Positions 1 through 9,815 of a DNA stretch of 32,000 nt are shown here, piece after piece (positions within the stretch are counted from its first letter, which is position 1; each line of letters begins with the position of its first letter). The notes under the pieces were generated by a model. It did not search any database and was not told the origin of the DNA. It worked only from the letters and a program-made list of their open reading frames with translations. Origin of the DNA: Gloeothece citriformis PCC 7424 (lineage in GTDB: Bacteria; Cyanobacteriota; Cyanobacteriia; Cyanobacteriales; Microcystaceae); NCBI RefSeq assembly GCF_000021825.1, contig NC_011729.1, positions 4,506,969-4,538,968 on the forward strand, given 5' to 3'. The translations under genes and the position numbers were made by a program.

Positions 1-1405
1 AGTCATGAGTCATCACCCAAATGACCCTAGCCTTAGATAAAGCGGATAAACGGATCGCATTTCGCATATAGTCAGTGAAGACTAAGAAGGTTGCTCCGTA
101 AGGAATTAACCCAGAACCATGAAGGGCAATTCCATTACAAATTGCTCCCATCCCATGCTCGCGCACCCCAAAGCGAACGTTTCTGTTCTCGTATTTGCCT
201 TTTTGGAAATCTTTAGAACACTTGAGCAAGGTTTTATTAGAAGGAGCTAAGTCCGCAGACCCTCCGATTAATTCGGGGATAACGGTAGCAATGGCGTTCA
301 GGGTAGCACCGGATTGATTTCGGGTTGCATCTGCTTTACTTTCTGGGGTATAGGTTGGCAATGCTTTTTCCCATCCTGCCGGTAATTCCCCACTGACCAT
401 CCGTTCTAATAAGGCGGCTTCTTGGGGATATTTTGCTTGATACTCAGAATACAACTGTTTCCATTCGTTTTCCGCTTGTGCCCCCCGCTCAACTGCTTTT
501 CGGAAACGACTTAGGGCATCTTGCGGGACTTCAAAGGGGCCATACTCCCATCCTAAGTTTTCCCGAGTGGCTTTAATTTCATCGTTTCCTAGGGGAGACC
601 CGTGAACATCATGGGTATCGGCCTTATTGGGAGACCCATAACCAATAGTTGTGGTCACTTTAATTAAAGAAGGCTTATCTGTAACTGCTTTCGCCGCTTC
701 AATAGCTTTGGCGATCGCATCTAAGTTAGTATTTCCGTCCTCGACGTGCTGAACGTGCCAGCCATAAGCCTCATAGCGCTTCCCTACATCTTCAGTAAAG
801 GAGATATCGGTATGACCATCGATGGAGATATGATTATCATCATAAAAAGCAATGAGTTTACCTAAGCCCCAATGTCCGGCTAAAGAACAGGCTTCTCCGG
901 AGATGCCCTCCATGTTACAGCCGTCTCCTAAGATCACATAGGTATAGTGATCGATCAGTTTACAGTCGGGTTTGTTGAATACTGCCGCTAAATGAGCTTC
1001 TGCGAGGGCTAATCCTACTGCGTTAGCAATTCCTTGTCCTAACGGTCCGGTGGTGACTTCCACCCCTTCGGTGACGAAATTTTCTGGATGTCCTGGGGTT
1101 TTGGATTCCCATTGACGAAATTCCTTGATATCATCTAAGGAAACGCTATCATAACCGGTTAAATACAGCAAAGCATACTGAAGCATACAGCCATGCCCCG
1201 CCGAGAGAACGAAGCGATCCCGGTTCAACCATTTGGGATTTTTGGGGTTGTATCGCATAAAGCGATCCCAGAGGACAAAGGCCATAGGAGCAGCCCCCAT
1301 CGGCAACCCTGGATGTCCTGAGTTAGCTTTTTGGACTGCATCAATAGCCAAAAAGCGAATGGAATTAATACAAAGTTGTTCTAATGACTGGGTAGCAACG
1401 ACCAT
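1..1405 (-). CDS. tktA: Transketolase. The N-terminal ~468 codons are present; the C-terminus runs off the window start.
   Basis: My reverse-strand translation from the ATG (plus-strand 'cat' 1403-1405) reads [43 protein letters not shown]...[15 protein letters not shown]...[10 protein letters not shown]. This is the typical transketolase N-terminus with its TPP-binding motif. It is open to position 1 and missing from the ORF track because no stop lies in the window. Confidence 0.93.
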   Translation of the reverse strand, partial: MVVATQSLEQLCINSIRFLAIDAVQKANSGHPGLPMGAAPMAFVLWDRFMRYNPKNPKWLNRDRFVLSAGHGCMLQYALLYLTGYDSVSLDDIKEFRQWESKTPGHPENFVTEGVEVTTGPLGQGIANAVGLALAEAHLAAVFNKPDCKLIDHYTYVILGDGCNMEGISGEACSLAGHWGLGKLIAFYDDNHISIDGHTDISFTEDVGKRYEAYGWHVQHVEDGNTNLDAIAKAIEAAKAVTDKPSLIKVTTTIGYGSPNKADTHDVHGSPLGNDEIKATRENLGWEYGPFEVPQDALSRFRKAVERGAQAENEWKQLYSEYQAKYPQEAALLERMVSGELPAGWEKALPTYTPESKADATRNQSGATLNAIATVIPELIGGSADLAPSNKTLLKCSKDFQKGKYENRNVRFGVREHGMGAICNGIALHGSGLIPYGATFLVFTDYMRNAIRLSALSKARVIWVMTHD

Positions 1406-1700
1406 ATATATAACTTCAAATTCTAAATGTGGACTCTGACCATGAAGTGCCCCGTCAAGTAGAGGGGCTTCCCAGACTCAACCCCGAACAGGGCTGATAC
1501 ACACTCGATGGACTATTTTGAAAGATAGCCACCCCTTGGCGAGTGTCTTCCGTGGGCGTAATTTCCCGCCCTTCTAAGCGGTACAAAGCAACCAAGTCTT
1601 TAATGGTCTCTATCTTGCCAATTACATCATCTCATTGTTAGGCAGTAAAGAAAAGTCTTTTGACTTTTGATCCCTTAATCCCTGACAATTTTTATTTGGC

Positions 1701-2951
1701 CTAATGATATTTTTTAAAGGCTAAGGTAACATTATGGCCTCCAAAACCAAAGGAATTAGAGAGGGCTACTTCTACTTTGTGAGCGCGACTTTGATCGGGT
1801 ACATAATCTAAATCACACTCTGGATCGGGGTTGACTAGATTTATTGTGGGTGGGATTTGATCCGATGCGATCGCCATTACTGTAGCTACCGCTTCTATGC
1901 CTCCTGAGCCGCCTAATAAGTGACCGGTCATAGATTTGGTTGAACTGATCGGGATTTCATAGGCATATTTCCCTAAAGCTTTTTTAATCGCTTTGGTTTC
2001 GGTCACATCATTAGCCGCCGTACTCGTTCCGTGAGCGTTAATATAACTAATATCTTCGCTTTGGAGTCCTGCTTCTTGCATCGCTAATTCTATTGCTCGG
2101 GTTGCCCCTGTTCCATCCGGAACCGGAGAAGTCATATGATAAGCATCGCAGGTCATTCCGTAGCCGACTATTTCTCCATAAATTTTTGCTCCACGTTCTA
2201 GAGCTTGTTCGAGTTCTTCTAATAGTAAAATTCCTGACCCTTCTCCCATGACAAATCCATCCCGGTCTCGATCAAAGGGGCGACTCGCATGGGCTGGATC
2301 GTCATTTCTCATCGATAAGGCTTTAGCTGAGGTAAATCCGGCCACAGACAAAGGAGTAATGGCTGATTCCGCTCCGCCACAGATCATGGCTTTGACATAT
2401 CCCCGTTGAATCAGACGGAAAGCATCCCCGATGGCATTAGACCCAGCCGCACAAGCGGTTACTGTACAAGTATTCGGCCCTTTGGCTCCGGTATGGATAG
2501 CGGTTAATCCGGCGGCCATGTTGGGAATCATCATGGGAATGGTGAAAGGACTGCATCGAGACGGCCCTTTAGTGAGAAGGATCTCGTTTTGATCCTCCAT
2601 GACTTTGATCCCTCCTACTCCCGTGCCAATGATGACTCCTATCTGTTCTGCATTGAGATCATCAATCACCAGTTGAGCATCGGCTACAGCTTGTTTACTG
2701 GCACAGACACCGAACAGGGCAAAGCGATCCATCCGCTTGGCCTCTTTGCGATCGAGGTAGTCATGGGGATCAAATCCTTTCACTTCTCCGGCAATTTTAC
2801 AGGCGTGACGGGAAGTATCAAATAAGGTAATTAGATCTATTCCATTGCGTCCACTGAGTAATCCTTCCCAGTATTCCTGCAAGGTATTTCCAAGGGGGGT
2901 TATCGCGCCTAGCCCCGTTACGACAACACGTTTCAGTTGCAAGTTGGCCAT
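1701..2951 (-). CDS. fabF: Beta-ketoacyl-ACP synthase II
   Basis: KAS II hallmarks are present: RVVVTGLGAITPLG, active-site Cys in TACAAGSNAIGDA, and HGTST / GHLLGGSG. The track start at 2960 is a TTG; the ATG at 2949-2951 (MANLQLKRVVVTG) is the more likely start. Confidence 0.95.
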   Translation of the reverse strand: MANLQLKRVVVTGLGAITPLGNTLQEYWEGLLSGRNGIDLITLFDTSRHACKIAGEVKGFDPHDYLDRKEAKRMDRFALFGVCASKQAVADAQLVIDDLNAEQIGVIIGTGVGGIKVMEDQNEILLTKGPSRCSPFTIPMMIPNMAAGLTAIHTGAKGPNTCTVTACAAGSNAIGDAFRLIQRGYVKAMICGGAESAITPLSVAGFTSAKALSMRNDDPAHASRPFDRDRDGFVMGEGSGILLLEELEQALERGAKIYGEIVGYGMTCDAYHMTSPVPDGTGATRAIELAMQEAGLQSEDISYINAHGTSTAANDVTETKAIKKALGKYAYEIPISSTKSMTGHLLGGSGGIEAVATVMAIASDQIPPTINLVNPDPECDLDYVPDQSRAHKVEVALSNSFGFGGHNVTLAFKKYH

Positions 2952-3122
2952 GATTCTCAAGTATGATTAACGGCTGAATTTACTCAAATTTCAGATAGGA
3001 ACTACATAAAAGCAGATTTTTGTCAAGCTTTTTCTCTCGGAACTTCCCTAACAGAGCGAACTTGTTTAATTTTTTAGCTATAGGAGTAGAATTGAGGATC
3101 TGGTTGTCCTTTTTTAGATAAA

Positions 3123-3371
3123 TTAAGCTGTTGCTTCTACTTTTTCGCTGATATGTTCTACTGCTTTGCCTACAGTATCGATTTTCTCGGCTTCTTCGTC
3201 AGGAATTTCGATATCAAATTCTTCTTCTAAAGCCATGACTAATTCTACTGTGTCCAAGGAGTCTGCATTTAAATCATTAGCAAAACTGGCTTCAGGGACG
3301 ACACTATCTTCTGGGACTTCTAGTTGGTCAATGACAACTTTTTTGACTCTTTCAAAAATTTCTTGATTCAT
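3123..3371 (-). CDS. acpP: Acyl carrier protein
   Basis: An 82-aa acidic protein with the phosphopantetheine attachment motif [19 protein letters not shown]. It lies immediately upstream of fabF on the same strand. Confidence 0.96.
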   Translation of the reverse strand: MNQEIFERVKKVVIDQLEVPEDSVVPEASFANDLNADSLDTVELVMALEEEFDIEIPDEEAEKIDTVGKAVEHISEKVEATA

Positions 3372-3640
3372 TGATTTAATTTAAGTATACCGCTAATTAC
3401 CCCATGCTATACACAGCACGAGGAGGAAGCGGGGCGGAGATTACCACTTCCTAGGTCTATTGTTTATGTTGTTGGTTTGGTATTTCTCATCATATCGGAA
3501 AGGGGGGACGATTTGATATACTGAGCCGAAATTGATGATCGTCAAGTGAGTATCAAGAATTCTTTAAGGTTGCCCAAAGGATGATGCGGGTTTGCGATAA
3601 TAGAGATCAAGATTAATACGTTTCGCTCCTAAAAAAACAA

Positions 3641-4534
3641 ATGCTTCGATACGCTTATTTTCCCGGCTGTGTAGCCCAAGGTGCTTGTCGAGAGCTTTAT
3701 CTATCGACGGCGGCTCTCACTCAAGCGCTCGGAATTGAGTTGGTGGAACTGAAAAAAGCTGCTTGCTGTGGATCGGGAACTTATAAAGAAGATTCTCAGT
3801 TACTCGAAGATACGGTTAATGCTCGTAATATCGCTTTAGCTGAATCCCTTAATCTCCCTTTACTGACTCATTGCAGCACTTGTCAAGGGGTCATTGGTCA
3901 TGTGGATGAACGATTAAAAGAAGCCAAAGAAGAAGACCCGGTTTATTTTGAAAAGGTCAATGATTTTTTAAAAAAAGAAAGTTGCTCTCCTTATCAAGGC
4001 TCTACAGAAGTGACTCATTTATTATGGGCAATAGTCGCTGATTTTGGCTTAGAAGCTTTGGCTCAAAAAGTGACTCGTAAGTTGAGCGGTTTAAACTGTG
4101 CTGCTTTTTATGGCTGTTATCTATTAAGAGGACAAAAGTTTTTACCCTACGATAATGTTTTCCAACCGGAATCAATGGAGAATGTGTTTCGCACGGTTGG
4201 GGCTAATCCTATCTATTATTCTGGACGGACTCAATGTTGTGGGTGGCCGCTTTCGAGTTATTCTACCCCTGAATCGTTCAAAATGGCCGGTAAACACATT
4301 CAAGAAGCCCTTGAAGCCGGTGCAGATTGTTTAGTGACCCCCTGTCCTCTATGTCATTTAAATCTCGATTCCCGTCAACCTGAAGTGGCTAAGGTAGTCG
4401 GAAAGGATTTAGGATTACCTGTGTTACACTTACCTCAATTGGTGGCGTTGGCGGTGGGAGTTTCCCCGAAAGAATTAGGATTAGATCGTCATGTCGTTTC
4501 TACTAAGCCGGTTTTAGAAAAGTTGGGATTATGA
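3641..4534 (+). CDS. HdrB/SdhE-like protein with two CCG cysteine-rich domains (heterodisulfide reductase subunit B family; possibly a succinate dehydrogenase-type subunit)
   Basis: Two CCG motifs (AACCGSGT and TQCCGWP) plus CxxC-type cysteines (FPGC, HCSTCQG, PCPLCHL), as in the HdrB/GlpC/SdhE family. Confidence 0.75.
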   Translation: MLRYAYFPGCVAQGACRELYLSTAALTQALGIELVELKKAACCGSGTYKEDSQLLEDTVNARNIALAESLNLPLLTHCSTCQGVIGHVDERLKEAKEEDPVYFEKVNDFLKKESCSPYQGSTEVTHLLWAIVADFGLEALAQKVTRKLSGLNCAAFYGCYLLRGQKFLPYDNVFQPESMENVFRTVGANPIYYSGRTQCCGWPLSSYSTPESFKMAGKHIQEALEAGADCLVTPCPLCHLNLDSRQPEVAKVVGKDLGLPVLHLPQLVALAVGVSPKELGLDRHVVSTKPVLEKLGL

Positions 4535-4809
4535 AACTCATTGCGGCTCATGTTTTAATTTCTGGCAAGGTTCAGGGAGTCGGTTATCGTTACTCCACTG
4601 TTCACAAAGCGAAAGAGTTAGGACTTCAAGGGTGGGTGAAAAATCTGGAGGATGGACGAGTAGAAACGGTCTTTGAAGGCTCTCAAATGGCGGTTGAACA
4701 GATGATTCAATGGTGTCACCAAGGCCCTCAAGGGGCAATTGTTTCTGAGGTTAGGGTTGAAAGGGTTCAACCGGAAGCTTTAGAGGGTTTTGAAATTAAA
4801 TATTCATAA
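4531..4809 (+). CDS. acyP: Acylphosphatase
   Basis: A 92-aa protein with the family motifs [10 protein letters not shown] and [12 protein letters not shown]. Its start overlaps the upstream stop (ATGA), which indicates translational coupling. Confidence 0.88.
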   Translation: MKLIAAHVLISGKVQGVGYRYSTVHKAKELGLQGWVKNLEDGRVETVFEGSQMAVEQMIQWCHQGPQGAIVSEVRVERVQPEALEGFEIKYS

Positions 4810-4818
4810 ATAAATAAC

Positions 4819-4873
4819 AGGTTTTAGGGGATAAACTTTGTCTAAGGTCTAATCCTAAAACCTATATTAGACC
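4819..4873. terminator. Hairpin between the convergent acyP and 153-aa genes (possible bidirectional terminator)
   Basis: A 10-bp stem pairs aggttttagg (4819-4828) with cctaaaacct (4854-4863). An alternative stem pairs ggtctaat with attagacc (4846-4873). The flanks are AT-rich. Confidence 0.45.
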
Positions 4874-4996
4874 TCTTGCATAAATCAAATTAAAATCAAT
4901 TGTAGTACAGAAATTATCAAGTTTTCTTACTTTTGACTTTCTTCTGCAAGAAGTCTATTTTTTTTCTCAAAAAGTATCAAAGCAAAATTTATTTTT

Positions 4997-5458
4997 TTAA
5001 CCTTTCGTTGATGGCTTTTTCACTTGACGAGCCATAGCTTTAAACGTATTTAAACTAGGTCCGGGACGACGACGTGCCATAGTAGGATTAGGTAAATTTT
5101 GGCTAGCAAAACCAACCTCTTGAGGTTGAGTTTTTCCGTTTTGGCTAGAGGATGTTACTGTTGTGGGAAAGGGGGTTAATAAAGGAACTGATTCAGATTG
5201 AGTTTCTGGTTGTTTTTGTGACTTGGAAGCTGAAGCTGATTTTTTAGCTTTGATTGAAGTCTTTTTGCTTTTAGATGAGTTGGGTGCGGGTTCAGCCGGT
5301 TTTTGTTCAGCAGCAGGAGCAGGAGCAGGGGTTGAGGGCTGTTTTTCTGCTTCAGGTTGAGCAGATTTTTCAGATTTTGAAGTTTTTTCTTGAGTTTCTT
5401 CTTCTTTTAGCTCTAAAAAAAAGCCCGATTTATTTTTACCAAAAAGTTTTTTCAGCAT
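4997..5458 (-). CDS. Hypothetical low-complexity (Lys/Pro/Ala/Ser-rich) protein, likely disordered
   Basis: A 153-aa ORF with an ATG start. A short amphipathic N-terminus (MLKKLFGKNKSGFFLEL) is followed by a PAPAPAAEQKPAEP / KSKKTSIKAKK tract. No recognisable domain. Confidence 0.5.
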   Translation of the reverse strand: MLKKLFGKNKSGFFLELKEEETQEKTSKSEKSAQPEAEKQPSTPAPAPAAEQKPAEPAPNSSKSKKTSIKAKKSASASKSQKQPETQSESVPLLTPFPTTVTSSSQNGKTQPQEVGFASQNLPNPTMARRRPGPSLNTFKAMARQVKKPSTKG

Positions 5459-6232
5459 TGATTATAACTCCGAAAGAATAAACTGCAACCACAGACGATT
5501 AAATTTGACTTACTGCCATCATAGAGGCGGTAAGGTGTAGACTATCAGATATTGTACGGGAAAAGCGTGACAAAATAATTGTCACAATGGATTTATCTGC
5601 TACAGGTAAAGTAAGTATTTATCTGGTTTTTCCCCATCCCAAATTAGATCATAGTTATAACTATCACACTGTTACTATTTTATCGCTACTTAAGTCCCTA
5701 GAGTTCCCTTAACGTTAACTGTTTGTCAAGAGAACAGGCAACAGGAAAGACTTTCAAGCTTTTTACATTTCTTAATATAATGAGTTTTAATTGATGTCGA
5801 GGGACTCAATATCTTTGTTAGGAAGAGTTGGCTGGTAAGTATAAATTCTTAACAGGTCGGTCATTAAACATAAATCAACTCAATTCGGTCAAATTTTTGA
5901 CAAAATTTAATATTTAAGCCCCAGGTTAATCGACGTTAATGGACTTTTGCTTAAGTTTTATGACAAAAGCTTTACATAATTCTCATTATGCCAGTTAGCT
6001 CTTGGTCTTTATCGTCAAACTCATCAGTAAAAATTCCTAAAAGCCCCCCCAAAAATCTGTTTTAGATCTTAAAATATTATTTAGAAAAGGTAACAAAACT
6101 TTGATGTAAACAAAAAAGCGAAAGGAAAATTTCGGCAAGATTATAAAGAAAAGCCAAAGATCTATCTGATTTGACATCCAAACTTCAAACATTCTTAGAA
6201 GATTGTCTTACCCTTAAATATAGTTGTAGATC

Positions 6233-7231
6233 TTGAAGAGTACCGTGAAAATTCCAAGTACAATCATCACCCTTATTCTTGGGATTACCTTAACTTTGGT
6301 CAGCCTTTGGTATGGTCAAAATCATGGATTAATGCCGGTGGCAGCATCAGAAGATGCTAAACAAATTGATAGTGTTTTTAATCTGATGATGACCATTGCG
6401 ACAGGGCTATTTTTCATCGTTGAAGGAGTCCTAATCTATAGCCTGTTTGCCTTTCGCCGACGCAAAGGAGATCAAACTGACGGGCCACCGATTGAAGGAA
6501 ATGTCCCTCTAGAAATTCTCTGGACAGCTATCCCAACGGTTATCGTTTTTATGTTAGCGGTGTATAGTTTTGAAGTTTATAGCAATATTGGGGGATTAAA
6601 TCCTAAAACCTCCGGAGATGTACCCCCAGGCTTAATGGCGCACCATCACGGAAAAGCCCAGCCTTCCGAGCAAGGGATGGTCGCTATGGCTGACGAGGGT
6701 CAAGTTGCCTTGGGAATTGGTGCTTCCCCAGAAAATGAAAATATTACTCCTGTAGTGGTAGATGTCAAAGGAATCCAGTTTGCTTGGATTTTCACCTATC
6801 CGGAAACAGGTATTGTCTCCGGAGAACTCCATATTCCGGTTAATCGTCCCGTTCAACTCAATATTAGTGCGGGGGATGTGCTTCACGCGGTATGGATTCC
6901 CGAATTACGTCTCAAACAAGATGCGATTCCGGGTAGAGACTCAACTTTAGCTTTCATATCTAACCGAGTGGGAGAATATCCGATCATTTGCGCCGAACTG
7001 TGCGGATCTTATCATGGGGGAATGAAAGCACTCGCCTATGTTCAAACCGAGGAAGATTTTAACAAGTGGGTTCAAGAGAATACCTTGGCGCAAAATGAAG
7101 ACCCTTCTGAAACCGTTGCCCTTAACCCGGCTACTGCTTCAGATGGAGAATTTTTAGCTCCCTATGCAGCAGAAATGGGCGTTACTTCCGACACCCTCGC
7201 TCAAATCCATCCATTCCATCAAGGAATGTAA
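6233..7231 (+). CDS. ctaC: Cytochrome c oxidase subunit II
   Basis: Two N-terminal TM helices and the CuA centre (HAVWIPELRLKQD ... CAELCGSYHGGM). The track start is TTG at 6233; GTG at 6245 is an alternative. Confidence 0.93.
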   Translation: MKSTVKIPSTIITLILGITLTLVSLWYGQNHGLMPVAASEDAKQIDSVFNLMMTIATGLFFIVEGVLIYSLFAFRRRKGDQTDGPPIEGNVPLEILWTAIPTVIVFMLAVYSFEVYSNIGGLNPKTSGDVPPGLMAHHHGKAQPSEQGMVAMADEGQVALGIGASPENENITPVVVDVKGIQFAWIFTYPETGIVSGELHIPVNRPVQLNISAGDVLHAVWIPELRLKQDAIPGRDSTLAFISNRVGEYPIICAELCGSYHGGMKALAYVQTEEDFNKWVQENTLAQNEDPSETVALNPATASDGEFLAPYAAEMGVTSDTLAQIHPFHQGM

Positions 7232-7258
7232 GTTTTTCAGTGTGAGTTCAGCTAAATT

Positions 7259-8941
7259 ATGACTACATCAGCAGAAGTTACTGCCACAAAGCCAACCCCC
7301 CCTTCCGAACCGAAACAGCAACGGAAGTGGACAGATTATTTTACCTTTAGTACGGATCACAAGGTTATTGGGATTCAATATCTGACGACTTCTTTTCTCT
7401 TTTTCTTTGTCGGTGGTTCTTTCGCCGAAATCATGAGAACGGAGTTAGCCACTCCGGATCCGGATTTTGTCTCACCGGAGATGTATAACCAGTTTATGAC
7501 CATGCACGGGACGATTATGATCTTTTTGTGGATCGTTCCGGCTGGCGCGGCCTTTGCTAACTATCTGATTCCCCTCATGATTGGGGCCGAAGATATGGCC
7601 TTTCCCCGTCTGAATGCGGTCGCTTTTTGGCTCTTTCCCGTCGGGGGAATATTACTCATGTCCAGTTTCTTTGTGGGCGCTCCTGAAGCCGGATGGACTT
7701 CTTACCCTCCCCTCAGTTTAGTATCGGGTAAATGGGGTGAAGAAATTTGGATTTTGAGTATTTTATTGGTGGGAACTTCGTCAATTTTAGGGGCGATTAA
7801 CTTTATTACCACCATCCTCAAAATGCGAATTCCGGACATGGATTTGCATAGTATGCCCCTATTCTGTTGGGCAATGTTGGCTACCTCTGCCCTGATTTTG
7901 CTCTCCACTCCGGTTTTAGCTGGCGCGTTGGTGCTGTTGTCTTTTGATTTAATTGCAGGAACGAGCTTTTTTAACCCAACTGGCGGGGGAGATCCCATCG
8001 TCTACCAGCACTTATTCTGGTTTTATTCCCATCCGGCAGTGTATATCATGATTTTACCCTTCTTTGGGGTAATTTCTGAAGTTTTACCCGTCCACGCTCG
8101 TAAACCCATTTTTGGCTATCGGGCGATCGCTTATTCGAGTTTAGCCATTAGTTTCTTAGGGTTAATTGTCTGGGCGCACCATATGTTTACCAGTGGAACA
8201 CCGGGATGGTTACGGATGTTCTTCATGGCGACTACGATGTTAATTGCTGTGCCAACGGGAATTAAAGTCTTTAGTTGGTGTGCCACCATTTGGGGCGGTA
8301 AATTGAGCCTCAATACGTCCATGCTATTTGGCATCGGTTTTGTCTCTTCCTTCCTGTTGGGAGGGTTAACCGGGGTCATGGTGTCTTCCGTTCCCTTTGA
8401 TATCCACGTTCACGACACTTATTTTGTAGTCGGACACTTCCACTATGTTCTGTTTGGGGGGGCAGCGTTAGGACTGTTTGCCGGGTTCTACCATTGGTTT
8501 CCGAAAATGACCGGACGGATGATTAATGAACCGTTAGGTCGTCTTCACTTTATTCTGACCTTCATTGGGCTAAATTTAACCTTTATGCCGATGCACGAAC
8601 TGGGATTATTGGGGATGAATCGTCGCGTCGCTCTCTACGATGCTCAGTTTCAAGGGTTAAATATGCTCAGTACCGCCGGGGCCTATTTTATGGCAGTGTC
8701 AACCATTCCCTTTTTAATGACGGTTTTCTGGAGTCTGTTTAAAGGGGAAAAAGCCGGTCGTAATCCTTGGCGGGCGTTAACCTTAGAATGGCAAACCGCT
8801 TCTCCTCCGATTATCGAAAACTTTGAGGAAGAACCGGTATTATGGGCCGGCCCTTATGACTACGGGATTGATGTGGTGTCCTTTGAGGGAGCGGAATCCG
8901 TAGATCAGATATTAGCTGAGGTTGGTGCTGAGTCGAATTAA
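7259..8941 (+). CDS. ctaD: Cytochrome c oxidase subunit I
   Basis: A 560-aa polytopic protein with the heme-copper oxidase signatures WFYSHPAVYIMILP, HHMFTSG and HFHYVL. Confidence 0.97.
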   Translation: MTTSAEVTATKPTPPSEPKQQRKWTDYFTFSTDHKVIGIQYLTTSFLFFFVGGSFAEIMRTELATPDPDFVSPEMYNQFMTMHGTIMIFLWIVPAGAAFANYLIPLMIGAEDMAFPRLNAVAFWLFPVGGILLMSSFFVGAPEAGWTSYPPLSLVSGKWGEEIWILSILLVGTSSILGAINFITTILKMRIPDMDLHSMPLFCWAMLATSALILLSTPVLAGALVLLSFDLIAGTSFFNPTGGGDPIVYQHLFWFYSHPAVYIMILPFFGVISEVLPVHARKPIFGYRAIAYSSLAISFLGLIVWAHHMFTSGTPGWLRMFFMATTMLIAVPTGIKVFSWCATIWGGKLSLNTSMLFGIGFVSSFLLGGLTGVMVSSVPFDIHVHDTYFVVGHFHYVLFGGAALGLFAGFYHWFPKMTGRMINEPLGRLHFILTFIGLNLTFMPMHELGLLGMNRRVALYDAQFQGLNMLSTAGAYFMAVSTIPFLMTVFWSLFKGEKAGRNPWRALTLEWQTASPPIIENFEEEPVLWAGPYDYGIDVVSFEGAESVDQILAEVGAESN

Positions 8942-8950
8942 TTTTAGTAG

Positions 8951-8992
8951 TTAGTCATTAGTTGTGATCTAAAACAAAGGACTAATGACTAA
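8951..8992 (+). repeat. Intercistronic ctaD-ctaE hairpin built from inverted STRR-like heptamer sequence
   Basis: ttagtcattagt (8951-8962) is the exact reverse complement of actaatgactaa (8981-8992). The stem extends to about 15 bp with one mismatch, around an 18-nt loop. Confidence 0.7.
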
Positions 8993-9034
8993 TTATTAAA
9001 AATTGAATACCATAAAACTAACCATCAATAACCC

Positions 9035-9679
9035 ATGACCAACAACTCATTAGGAATTATGCAAGGTTCAACAGTAGAAGCATCAGAAATGACGGTTGAT
9101 TATCATCACTCAGCCGAATCCACTCATCATGGACATCCGGATCATCGGATGTTTGGATTAGTTTTGTTTTTAATTGCTGAGGGAATGATCTTTTTTGGAT
9201 TATTTGCTGGCTATGTTCTTTACAAAAGTATGATGCCGGCTTGGCCTCCTGAAGGCACACCCGAAATGGAATTATTACTGCCTACAGTCAATACTGTCAT
9301 TCTGGTTTCTAGTAGTTTTGTGATGCACATGGGACAAAAAGCTATTAAAAAGAATGATGTGTCTGGTTTGCAACTGTGGTTTATTATTACCGCTATTATG
9401 GGGGCTGTGTTCTTAGTTGGACAGGGTTATGAATATACTCATACTGGTTTTGGGTTAACCACTAATTTGTTTACCAGTGCTTTTTATGCGTTGACTGGTT
9501 TTCATGGTCTTCACGTGAGTTTCGGATTGTTATTAATTCTGGCGGTTTTGTGGCGCTCTCGTGGCAAAGATCATTATTCTAGTGAATCCCATTTTGGAGT
9601 AGAAGCAGCCGAATTATACTGGCATTTTGTCGATGTTATTTGGATAATTCTGTTTGTTCTTGTTTATCTGCTCTCCTAA
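9035..9679 (+). CDS. ctaE: Cytochrome c oxidase subunit III
   Basis: A polytopic 214-aa protein with TGFHGLHVSFG and YWHFVDVIW motifs, third in the ctaCDE order. The internal ATG at 9059 (MQGSTVE) is a possible alternative start. Confidence 0.93.
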   Translation: MTNNSLGIMQGSTVEASEMTVDYHHSAESTHHGHPDHRMFGLVLFLIAEGMIFFGLFAGYVLYKSMMPAWPPEGTPEMELLLPTVNTVILVSSSFVMHMGQKAIKKNDVSGLQLWFIITAIMGAVFLVGQGYEYTHTGFGLTTNLFTSAFYALTGFHGLHVSFGLLLILAVLWRSRGKDHYSSESHFGVEAAELYWHFVDVIWIILFVLVYLLS

Positions 9680-9702
9680 TTTAACTCCAAAAAGCAGAGC
9701 GA

Positions 9703-9737
9703 GGGGCAGAGATTTTTTCCTGTCCCTTTTTGATTTT
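9703..9737 (+). terminator. Rho-independent terminator after ctaE
   Basis: A 7-bp stem (6 Watson-Crick pairs plus one G-U) pairs ggggcag (9703-9709) with ctgtccc (9720-9726), followed by tttttgatttt. Confidence 0.6.
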
Positions 9738-9758
9738 ACCTTGACACCCGCGATTCAT

Positions 9759-9802
9759 CCGACGGTGATTGGTGGGTATTTTTATCGCCAATTCACCGTC
9801 GG
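9759..9802. terminator. Long hairpin just downstream of glmM (likely the minus-strand terminator or an RNA stabiliser)
   Basis: ccgacggtgattgg (9759-9772) pairs with ccaattcaccgtcgg (9788-9802), about 14 bp with a single-base bulge. The loop is T-rich. Confidence 0.5.
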
Positions 9803-9815
9803 GCCCAGGAGCGGA

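Noticed and set aside
1233-1439. A 68-aa plus-strand ORF at the 5' end of tkt.
   Set aside because: It lies mostly antisense to the well-supported transketolase coding sequence (only its last ~34 nt lie past the tkt start codon) and has no features of its own.
1406-1700. A TPP riboswitch in front of the TPP-dependent transketolase.
   Set aside because: I could not find the conserved THI-box elements (the CUGAGA and ACCUGAUCUGGAUAAUGCCAGCG-like segments) on the minus strand.
7702-8379. Antisense ORFs inside ctaD (7702-7998 and 8131-8379). The same applies to antisense or alternative-frame overlapping ORFs inside ctaC, ctaE, fabF, acpP, acyP, the HNH gene, the 128-aa gene (16191-16463), the 20016-20348 gene (20170-20364), the permease (21018-21200) and the MCP-like gene (29884-30087).
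   Set aside because: All are nested within strongly supported genes on the opposite strand or in another frame. None has independent support.
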